Shown here: piece by piece, positions 9,559-20,200 of the stretch | How positions within the stretch are numbered: the first letter of the stretch is position 1 | Layout of the letters: every line of letters begins with the position of its first letter | NCBI GenBank assembly: GCA_051117555.1 | Contig: JBNPEG010000233.1 | Location: forward strand, 1-37,610 | DNA length: 37,610 bases | Direction: 5' to 3' | Source of the DNA: Elainellaceae cyanobacterium | GTDB lineage: Bacteria; Cyanobacteriota; Cyanobacteriia; CAZCXK01 | Position numbers and translations under genes: made by a program | The notes under the pieces: model-generated | The model's database searches: none | Told to the model about the DNA's origin: nothing | The model's input: the letters and a program-made list of their open reading frames with translations, nothing else

Positions 9559-10872
9559 TTAGACAGTGACCTGTTGCCATTCAAGACGCCCCAAGGTTTG
9601 GGCCCGTTCGAAGGCGCGTTCAAAGCTGTCTAATTTCGGCTCGATGGTGAGGGGTTCACCAATATAGCCTTGGACGGCTTCCTGGGTCTTGAGGCCGTTG
9701 CCCGTGATATAAACGACTGTAGTCTCATCGGGGTCAATCTTCCCGGCTTCAACCAGTTTCTTGAGAACGGCGATCGTGGTGCCACCCGCCGTCTCTGTAA
9801 AGATCCCTTCCGTCTCTGCTAGCAGCTTGATGCCATCGATAATTTCAGTATCGGTAACAGATTCGATAGTGCCATTCGTTTTGCGGGCAATATCGAGCGC
9901 ATAGACGCCATCAGCAGGGTTACCAATCGCAATCGATTTAGCGATTGTGTTCGGCTTCACGGGAGTCACAAAGTCTCGACCTTCACGGAAGGCTTGAGCA
10001 ATTGGAGAACACCCTTCCGCCTGAGCACCACTGAAGCGAACCGGTTTTTCATCCACCAAACCAGCGCTGATGAATTCTTGAAAACCTTTGTAAATCTTGC
10101 CATACAGGGAGCCAGACGCAAGCGGAGCGACAATGTGGTCGGGAAGCTCCCAGCCGAGCTGCTCAGCGACTTCAAATCCTAAGGTTTTGGAGCCTTCCGA
10201 ATAGTAAGGACGCAAATTAATGTTTACAAATCCCCATCCGTGGGTGTTTGCTACTTCAGAGCAGAGACGATTGACCTGATCATAATTGCCCTGAACTGCC
10301 ATTACGGTTGGGCTATAGATCAGCGTGCCTAATACTTTTCCGGCTTCCAAATCAGCAGGAATGAAAACGCAACAGTCTAGACCTGCGTGGGCAGCGATCG
10401 CCGCTGTCGAGTTTGCTAAATTACCGGTACTCGCGCAAGAAACTGTTGAAAACCCCAGTTCACGGGCGCGGGTAAGGGCAACTGAAACCACCCGATCCTT
10501 AAAACTTAGCGTTGGCATGTTGACCGCATCATTCTTGATGTAAAGCCGCTTGATACCCAAGCGACGCGCCAATCGGTTTGCTTGCACAAGCGGGGTCATG
10601 CCGGTGCCTACATCAATGGGATGCTCAGATGCAACAGGCAAAAAGGCTTTATATCGCCAAATCGAATTCGGCCCCGACTGGATGCTTTGACGAGTAACGG
10701 TATCGCGAAGTTTGCTGGAGTCATACATGACCTCTAATGGTCCAAAGCAAAACTCACACACATGAATCGCTTTTAACGCGTATTCTTCACCACATTCTTT
10801 ACATCGCAAACTCTTAAACGCAGACGACGTAGCAGATGCGGTTTGAGTGGGGATGGGGAGTGCCTGGGTCAT
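9559..10872 (-). CDS. Threonine synthase-like PLP enzyme (fold type II) with N-terminal Cys4 ribbon; possibly a sulfur-carrier-dependent sulfhydrylase
   Basis: PTLSFKDR PLP-lysine motif, CASTGNLANS, YYSEGSKT, ITGNGLK and N-terminal CKEC...CEFC. Would be annotated thrC, but context suggests a paralog function. Confidence 0.85.
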   Translation of the reverse strand: MTQALPIPTQTASATSSAFKSLRCKECGEEYALKAIHVCEFCFGPLEVMYDSSKLRDTVTRQSIQSGPNSIWRYKAFLPVASEHPIDVGTGMTPLVQANRLARRLGIKRLYIKNDAVNMPTLSFKDRVVSVALTRARELGFSTVSCASTGNLANSTAAIAAHAGLDCCVFIPADLEAGKVLGTLIYSPTVMAVQGNYDQVNRLCSEVANTHGWGFVNINLRPYYSEGSKTLGFEVAEQLGWELPDHIVAPLASGSLYGKIYKGFQEFISAGLVDEKPVRFSGAQAEGCSPIAQAFREGRDFVTPVKPNTIAKSIAIGNPADGVYALDIARKTNGTIESVTDTEIIDGIKLLAETEGIFTETAGGTTIAVLKKLVEAGKIDPDETTVVYITGNGLKTQEAVQGYIGEPLTIEPKLDSFERAFERAQTLGRLEWQQVTV

Positions 10873-10970
10873 GGGTCAACGCTTCTCTTTTTAATCTCTA
10901 CAGCAAACTATCCAAAATGTTGGAAACCTGAGTCGACTAAGAAGAACCCAGATTTTCACCAACTCTGCGG

Positions 10971-11000
10971 ATAGTAGCATGGGGCAGAAAACACCGTCAA
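10971..11000 (-). promoter_or_regulatory. Putative sigma70-type promoter of the thrC-like/moaD-like operon
   Basis: Minus strand TTGACG (11000-10995), 18-nt spacer, TACTAT (10976-10971) with extended -10 TG. Confidence 0.55.
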
Positions 11001-11002
11001 AC

Positions 11003-11027
11003 ATACCCGACTAATTTAGTCGGGATT
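11003..11027. promoter_or_regulatory. Palindromic operator resembling an IscR type-1/Rrf2-family site
   Basis: ATACCCGACTAATTTAGTCGGGATT has perfect 9-bp arms CCCGACTAA/TTAGTCGGG and fits ATASYYGACTRwwwYAGTCRRS. It abuts the -35 hexamer. Confidence 0.6.
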
Positions 11028-11041
11028 AATTTGATCCTAGA

Positions 11042-11132
11042 TATAGCCCTACGGGCTTAGGTTTGTGTGGTGAGCCCGCGACGGGGGAGCTCACCACACG
11101 TTCAACGTACTAACGCGAGAGCATACGGCTAG
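11042..11132. mobile_element. MITE-like element, family 2
   Basis: TATAGCC...GGCTAG ends and internal hairpin GTGTGGTGAGC...GCTCACCACAC. Its right end (reverse complement TAGCCGTATGCTCTCGCGTTAG) resembles the left end of 25205. Confidence 0.55.
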
Positions 11133-11161
11133 CTACAAAGAAGATTGTCATAAACCTGTTA

Positions 11162-11204
11162 ATAAAAGAAAATCTGGAGATAGCCTCATGCTGCCTCCAG
11201 ATTT
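11162..11204 (-). terminator. Intrinsic terminator of the giant RTX gene
   Basis: Stem AAATCTGGAG/CTCCAGATTT followed on the minus strand by a T-rich tract, ~30 nt after the stop codon. Confidence 0.6.
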
Positions 11205-11233
11205 GCTAGTGAACGATTATAGGTCTTGCCGAT

Positions 11234-14200
11234 TTAGGCAGTGGCATCGAGGATGAAATCAGACTCATTTAGGGCTGGAACACTTCCTGCCGAGCGGAAC
11301 ACGGTCGCAAACTGCGCACCTTGATAGAACAGGCTCCCGCTGCTGGTGTCGTAAACCACGAGGCGATCGCCCACCATCGTTACGCCATTTTGACCAATTA
11401 CCCCAAAGTCCATGGGGTCACTAAACCCATTGCCAGGATTGCTGTTGAGAGCGCTAAAGACTGACGTCTTTAAGACAATCTTGTCAGCAAGCTGCTGAAA
11501 GTCGGTAATCACATCTATAGCTCCATCGAGAGCTGCAAAGACAAATTGATCATTGTTCGCACCCCCTGTGAGGGTATCTTGACCTGCACCGCCCACCAAA
11601 ATATCGTTACCGATTCCACCAAGAAGAACATCATTGCCAATCTCACCGCGCAGGCGATCGTCACCCGTTCCTCCAATCAGCGTATCGTTGCCGCCTTCAC
11701 CAATGAGCGTGTCATTTCCAGAATTTCCTTCAATTGTGTTGTCAGCCGTATTGCCTATCCCTGTAGCATTACCTGATCCGTCCAGGAATATTAAGTTTTC
11801 GATGTTGAGATACTGAGCATCGCTTAGGCTTAGGCTAAATCGAGCTTGAATGGTGTCAATTCCACCCCCCGGATTTTCAACAATCGTGTCATCAGCATCA
11901 ATGTCTGCATAGGTGTCGTTGCCAAGACCACCCCTCAGATCATCAGCGCCCCCATCACCCCGCAGAATATTAGCGCCGCTATTTCCCTGAATTAGGTTAT
12001 TGGCGGCATTACCGAAGCCATTGATATCTGCTGTGCCTCCTAAGACGAGATTTTCGACATTAGTGGCATTTGTAAATAAATCAAAACTTGCTGTTGATTG
12101 AATCGTGTCAGTGCCACCAGAAGTAGTTTCTACGATGACATCAGCACTGCTATCAACGAAGTAAGTATCATTACCATCGCCTCCGATTAGGCGGTCAGCA
12201 CCCGCTCCACCATCTAAGATATTGGCCGCGCTGTTGCCTGTAATAGTGTTGTTTAGAGCGTTCCCCGTACCGTCAATGCTTTCTGAGCCCGTCAGTTCTA
12301 GGTTTTCGATATTTGCACCCAAACTGAAATCAACGCTAGAACGGACTAGGTCGACGCCGCCTGCAGTGCCCGCTAGAGCTTCTGTGACCGTATCTCCGAC
12401 GCTATCGACGATATATATATCATCACCGCCCGCATTGTCGCTCATAGAGTCAGCGCCCAATCCACCATCGATAATGTTGTTGCCGCTATTACCCGTGACG
12501 GTGTTTGCTCGGGTGTTGCCGATGCCGTTGATATTACCTGTACCCGTTAAGGTGAGATTTTCGAGATTTGCGCCTAGAGTAAAGGTGACGCTCGACTCTA
12601 CTAGGTCAACGCCCCCCGCTGCGCCGCTGGTTACCTCTGTAACCCGATCTCCTGCATTATCAACAACATAGGTATCGTTGCCATCTCCTCCTTGCAAGTC
12701 GTCGGCACCTTGCCCTCCATTTAAGACATTGGCACCTGCATTACCAATAATGGTGTTGTTTAGGACATTGCCTGTCCCATTAACGCTAGCCGAGCCTGTC
12801 AGGGTGAGATTTTCAACTTCAGAACCCAAGATGAAACTAATGCTTGATTCAACGCGATCGATACCTCCTCCGGCGGATTCTGCCACCGTATCGCCTGCAT
12901 CATCGACGAAATAGATATCATCGCCGGTGCCGCCAGTCATGGCATCTGCGCCAGTCCCGCCAGTGAGGCGATCGCTCCCGTCTCCACCAAAGAGGATATC
13001 GTTACCAAGTCCACCTAGGAGCTGATCATCGCCTGCCCCCCCGCTAAGGGTGTTTGCACTCTCGTTGCCGGTAATTGTGTTATTTAAATCATTACCCGTT
13101 CCATTAACGGCACCCGTTCCGGGGAGAAGAGTCAGATTTTCGACATTACTTCCGAGCGTATACGTAACGCTCGAATTGACAGTATCAACGCCGCCCGTGG
13201 CTCCGCCCGTTACTTCTGTAACAGTATCGTTAACACTATCAACAAAATAGGTGTCATTGCCGTCGCCCCCAGTGAGAGTGTCGATTCCGGCTCCTCGACC
13301 ATCCAAGACATTGTTGCCAGCATTACCCGTAATCGTATTGTTCAGAGCATTGCCAATTCCATTAATGTCAGCCGTGCCTGTAAGAATCAGGTTTTCAACG
13401 GCTGGTGTTGTGGTCAAATCAAAGGCGATCGCAGACTGAATCGTATCAATCCCTTCACCTGCGACTTCAGTCACGATGTCTCCAATTTGATCGACTATAT
13501 AGGTGTCGTTTCCGAGTCCGCCAATCAGAGAATCTGCGCCAGCGCCACCGTTGAGGAGATTATTTCCTTCGTTCCCGATAATGGTGTTATTGAATTCATT
13601 ACCCGTTCCGTTGATGCTGCCGGCTCCCGGTTGAAGGATCAGGGTTTCAATCTCGACATTTTCAGCGAGGGTGAATGATGCTATTGTGCGGACAATGTCG
13701 ATGCCGTTGCCCGGATTCTCGATCACGAGATCGCCTGAGTTATCGACAATGTATGTGTCATTGCCGCTGCCGCCATCGAGGGTGTCAGTGCCAGCACCGC
13801 CGTTGAGCGTATCATCTCCTGCTCCACCTGTCAGAATGTTACTGCCGTCGTTACCGATGAGGGTGTTATTCAGGGTGTTTCCAGTCCCGTTGATGCTACC
13901 GCCGCCGATCAGAGTCAGATTTTCAACGTTGTCGCCTAGGGTGATGGTCACGCTGGCTTCAACCCGATCGACTCCTCCCGTGAGTGAGTCTGCGTTGGTT
14001 TCGGAAACAACATCTCCGCTGTCGTCTACTACATAAAAGTCATTCCCGTCACCACCGTCCATGATGTCAGCACCTAAGCCACCATCCAGGCGATCGCTGC
14101 CTCCTAATCCACGTAGCGTGTCATTGCCACCTTCGCCCAGCAGGATATTGTCGCCATCGTTGCCAATGATGGTATTGTTCATCCCATTGCCAGTACCGTT

Positions 14201-17200
14201 GAGATTCCCTGCACCAGCCGCAAGCGTCAGATTTTCAACGTTGTCACCCAGCACGAAGTTAACTGAGGATTGCACCGTATCAATGCCACCCTCAACACCT
14301 CCCACACTCTCAGTGACCGTATCCCCTGAGTTATCAACTATGAATGTGTCATTCCCGGTGCCGCCAACCATCACATCAATGCCAGCACCACCATCCAGCA
14401 CATCATTGCCGCCCTGACCATCGAGAAAGTCGTTGCCGTCTCCACCCGAGAGGACATTGTCACCGTTGTTGCCAATCAGGGTATTATCACCGCTGTTTCC
14501 CGTCCCATTTGCAGGTCCAGTTCCAGTAAAGATGAGGTTTTCGATATTAGTACCGTCAATACTGAAAGCAACGCTGGTGCGAACGGTGTCGTTTCCCCCT
14601 ACTACTCCGGCGATCGCCTCAATTACGACATCACCGAGGCTATCGACAACAAAGGTATCGTCTCCGGCACCACCATCCATGGTGTCATTTCCGGTGCCAC
14701 CATCTAAGAAATCATTCCCGGCATTACCAATCAGCGTGTCATTTCCAGCATTGCCAGTCAGAGTATTCGCCCCGCCGTTGCCTGAAATACTGTTGGAAAG
14801 ATCGTTTCCTACGCCTGTGATGTCACTATTACCCGTTAGGAGTAAATCTTCAACATTAGCACCCAGCGTAAAATTGACGCTCGATTCAACTAGATCCGCG
14901 CCCCCTCCAGGCCCGCTGATTGTCTCAGTAACGGTATCACCCACATCATCCACAACGTAGGTATCATCGCCGGCTCCGCCATTCATAGCATCTGCGCCCG
15001 ACCCACCATTTAGAGTATCGTTGCCACCATTCCCTTCAAGAATGTCATTGCCAGCATTGCCTGCTAAAACATTGTTGCTGTCGTTCCCAATGATGATGTT
15101 GTTGAGAGCGTTGCCAGTCCCATTCGTTGCCGTCGCACCAGTCAGCGTCAGGTTTTCAACATTAGAACCAAGGACAAACGATACAGATGACCGAACGGTG
15201 TCGATTCCTCCCTCAGTGCCGCTCAGAGATTCTGTGACCGTATCGCCTGGATCATCCACAATATACGTATCATCACCAGCCCCGCCGCTCATCACGTCGC
15301 TGCCAACACCACCATCTAGAGTGTCGTTGCCACCTCCACCCTCTAGAGTGTCATTATCGCCCCCACCAATGAGAATGTTGCTACCCGCATTGCCCGTAAT
15401 CGTGTTGGCACGTTCATTACCTGTGCCGTTAATATCGTTGATGCCCGTGAGAATTAAGTTCTCTAGATTGTCGCCTGTTGCAAATGCAAACGTCACATCA
15501 GAGCGAACGGTATCAATTCCAGTGGTGCCAACCTCACTAACAGTATCGCCTACAGCATTGACAACGTAGGTATCGTCCCCGTCGCCACCGGTCATGGCAT
15601 CGTTACCTTCTCCCCCGTCTAGGGTGTCATTGCCAGCATTGCCAATCAAGGTGTCATTGCCAGCATTGCCAATCAGTGTATTGTTGCCACCGTTTCCTGT
15701 AATAACGTTTGCGAGTTCATTCCCCGTGCCGCTGATATTACCTGTGTCTGTCAACGTAAGGTTTTCCAGATTGGCTCCTAACGTAAAGTCAACACTAGAT
15801 TCAACGCGATCAATTCCCGTTCCTACTTCGCTAACGACATCACCCTGATTGTCGACAATGTATGTGTCGTTGCCATCTCCACCAACGAGGCTATCTGCTC
15901 CAGTACCACCATCGAGGAAATCATTGCCCGCTTTGCCATCAAGAATGTCATTGCCCGCTAAGCCCGTTAATGTGTTGTCTCCACTATTGCCGCTGACGCT
16001 GTTTGCTAGTTCATTTCCTATTCCACTTAAATTAGCGGTTCCTTCAAGGATGAGATTTTCGACGTTAGGACTGAGGGTGAAATTAATCGCGGAGCGAACT
16101 GTATCAATTCCAGCGTTGCTATCTTCTGTAACCGTATCTCCTCCATTTTCGACAAGGTAGATATCATCCCCTCCCCCACCTTGCATAGTATCTGCACCGA
16201 TACCGCCATCAATGATGTTATTGCCAGCATTGCCGATGATGGTGTTATTGCCAGCATTACCGGTTCCATTAATAGTGCTGGTTCCTGTCAAAGTCAGGTT
16301 TTCAAAATTGGCACCGAGGATAAATGTAACGCTGGATTGAACGGTATCAATTCCTCCTGCATCCGTTCCTGTTGATGTGGTTTCCGAAACCACATCGTTC
16401 ACGTTATCAACAATATAGATGTCGTTACCTGCGCCACCACTGAGCGTATCCGCACCGCCTAGCCCGTCGAGGGTATTGTCACCGCTATTGCCAATGATGG
16501 TATTATTTAAGCTGTTACCAGTACCATTGATGTTGAGATTGGCGCCGGTATCAGTCAGAGTGAGATTCTCTACATTTTCTTCCAGAACAAAGCTGACGCT
16601 AGATCGGACAGTATCTATTCCTCCCTCGGGTCCAGAAATGGTTTCAATCGCGCGATCGCCCAAATCATCGACAATATACACATCATTGCCAGCGCCACCT
16701 GCCATTTCATCGGCACCCGCTTGACCGTTAAGGATATTACTGTCACTGTTGCCGGTAATTGTATTGTTGAGCGTGTTGCCCGTACCATTGATACTTCCTG
16801 TTCCAGTTAGGACAAGGTTTTCGACGTTAGCACCCAACACGAAACTAACGGACGACTCAACCTGATCAATACCACCTGTTGCAGATACTTCGGTAACAAC
16901 ATCACCTACATTATCAACGATATAAGTGTCATTGCCTAAACCACCCACAAGTTCATCAGCACCACTGCCACCATCTAAACGGTTTGCGGCATCATTTCCG
17001 ATGATTGTGTTATTGCCACCGTTGCCGATTCCATCAATGGTATTCGTACCTGTCAGCGTGAGATTTTCAAGATTATTTCCCAGCGTAAATGAAATACTTG
17101 ATTCAACGAGATCGATACCAGCGCTGTTAGCTTCAGTGATTACATCCCCTAGATCATCAACTACATAGGTATCGTCGCCCAAACCGCCAATCAGGGTATC

Positions 17201-20200
17201 TGCTCCCCCCAAGCCATCCAAACGGTTTGCCGCGTCATTTCCTCGAATCGTGTTGGCACCGCTATTCCCGACACCATTGATCGGAGCAGTGCCAACGAGG
17301 TTCAAATTTTCAACATTTTGACCCAGAATAAATGAAACACTGGATTCAACGAGGTCAATACCTTGGCTGAGATCTTCTGTAACAGAATCTCCCGCATTAT
17401 CAACTAAATAGGTATCATCTCCAGCCCCGCCAGCCATGGCATCAGTGCCAACGCCGCCGTTTAGCTGATCGCTTCCGGCTCCACCAATTAATGTGTCGTT
17501 GCCAATGCCACCATTGAGCAGGTTATTGCCGCTATTGCCTGTAATAGTATTGGCCTTGTCATTACCGATGCCATTGATGTTACCCGTACCTGTGAGCGTC
17601 AGGTTTTCAACTTCGACACCCTTAACCGACAAATCAAACGTAATGCTAGAACTTACGGCATCAGCATCGCCTTCGCCAACCCCCTCATTGATGACATCGG
17701 TTGCACTATCAATGATATACGTATCATTACCGATGCCCCCGGTGAGTACATCAGAGCCTTCTCCGCCATTCAAGGTATCATTCCCGGCATTGCCGACTAG
17801 GGTGTCATTGCCGCCACTACCCGCTAGAACATTATTTCCCTCATTGCCAGTAATGATGTTTGCATCTGCATTTCCAGTGCCGTTTAGATTTCCTGTACCG
17901 GGTTGGAGAATAAGATTTTCAAGATTATTAGTCAGCGTATATGAAACTGCGCTTTGAACGGTATCGATTCCACCGTCGGCATTTTCGACAATGACATCGC
18001 CGGTGTTGTTGATACTGTAGGTATCGTTTCCTCTGCCACCTATTAATGTGTCATTGCCCTGTCCACCATCAAGGATATTCGCGCCATCGTTACCGGTGAT
18101 AGTATTTGCCAGGACGTTGCCAGTGCCACTAATATCATCACTGCCAACCAGTTCTAGATTTTCAATATTGGCACCTAGAACAAACGAAACAGAAGACTGA
18201 ACTAAATCAACTCCTTCATTGGGATTTTCAGCAACAGTATCACCCGCATTGTCAACTACAAACGTGTCACTGCCAGCCCCACCGCTCATTACATCTGCGC
18301 CGTCACCGCCATCGATCAAATCATTGCCAGCGCCACCTATTAGTGTGTCATTTCCAATCCCACCATTGATCAAATCATTGCCAGCACCCCCGTCAATGGT
18401 ATTATTACCATCATTGCCGATAATAGTGTTATTATTTGCATCGCCAGTACCGTTGATATTAGTAGTCCCGGTCAATATTAGTGTTTCAATATTTGCGCCG
18501 TTTGTGCTGATATTGAAATTGATGCTAGATCGAACAGTGTCAATTCCTCCAACAGCACCGGCCTGTTCGACGACCAAATCTCCCGCATTGTCAATATCAT
18601 AGGTGTCGTTACCTGCGCCACCGATTAATGTGTCTGCACCTGCACCACCGATGAGGGTATCATTGCCATCACGCCCTTCAAGGGTGTTATTGCTTTCATT
18701 GCCAGTTAGTATATTGTCAAGGCTATTCCCAACGGCGTTAATACTGCCTGCCCCAGTAATCAGAGTTAGGTTTTCAACGTTTGCTCCGTTCGTAGTTAGG
18801 CTAAAGTTAACGCGAGTTTCGACTGAATCATTACCCTCTCCTACGGCTTCAGTGACGGAGTCATTGATGTTATCAATCCGATAGATATCATCGCCAGCGC
18901 CACCAATTAGAGTATCAGCGCCTTCACGACCATCAAGGATATTGTTTCCTTCATTTCCAGTCAGAATGTTGGCGAGGATGTTACCTGTTCCGTTGATATT
19001 TCCGGCGCCAGATTCCAGAGTCAAACGCTCGACGTTATTGCCGTTGGTGCTAAGGTCAAAATCAATCCGGGTAACAACGGTATCAATTCCTTCATTTAGA
19101 TTTTCAACAACTGTATCGTTGGAATCGTCGATGACATAGATATCGTCACCCAGTCCACCAACGAGGAGATCAACTCCTTCACCTCCCCCCAAGGTGTCAT
19201 TTCCTGCATTGCCGATGAGGGTGTCGTTGCCGCCCTCTCCAAGCAACGTATCATTACCAGAACCTCCTGTAATCGTGTTGTCAAGGGCGTTGCCAGTGCC
19301 TCTTAAGTTGCTCGTACCAACTAGCGTTAGGTTTTCGACATTGAGTCCTAAGGTATAAGCTTTAAGAGCACTGACAAAGACGATGTCTGTTCCACTATCA
19401 ACATTTTCAATGACAGTGTCTCCATCATTATCGACAATGTAAGTATCATCCCCTGCTCCTCCTCTAAGGCTGTCGATACCCGCACCACCATCCAAGAGGT
19501 CGTTGCCTTCACGTCCTTCTAGTTCATTATTTCCGGCATTCCCAATTAGGCGATTTGAGAGATCGTTTCCGAAGCCGTTGATGTTAGCTGTTCCTAGTAA
19601 AACAAGGTTCTCGACGTTCTCAGCATCGGTGGCTAAATCAAAGGTGGCGATCGCATTAACAGTATCATTACCACCTCCCGGAGACTCGATGATTTGATCA
19701 CCGACATCATTTAGGGTATAAGTATCATCTCCAGCACCCCCAGTCATGATGTCAGCACCGATTCCACCATCTAGAGAATCGTTCCCTTCACCGCCATCTA
19801 AAGTATCATTGCCTGCGCCGCCCAGTAATATATCATTGCCTTCGGCACCGCTCAATGTGTCGTCATCGTTTTCACCTACGAGCGTGTCGTCTCCCGAACC
19901 ACCATCTAAAGAGTCGGAACCGATGCCACCATTTAGGAAATCATTGCCATTGCCGCCGATGAGGGTGTCATTTCCCTGCTCACCAATTAAGGTATCGTTG
20001 TTATCTCCACCGTTAATCGTGTCATTGCCTGAATTGCCGTTCAGGAAGTCGTTGCCTGCCTCACCGAGCATGACATCATTGCCCGCCCCGCCATTGAGAA
20101 CATCATTGCCCGTACCGCCATTGAGATTGTCATTCCCGTCGCCTGCGCTGAGAAAATCGTCTCCATCACCACCGAGCAGTAAATCATCGCCCGCCCCACC

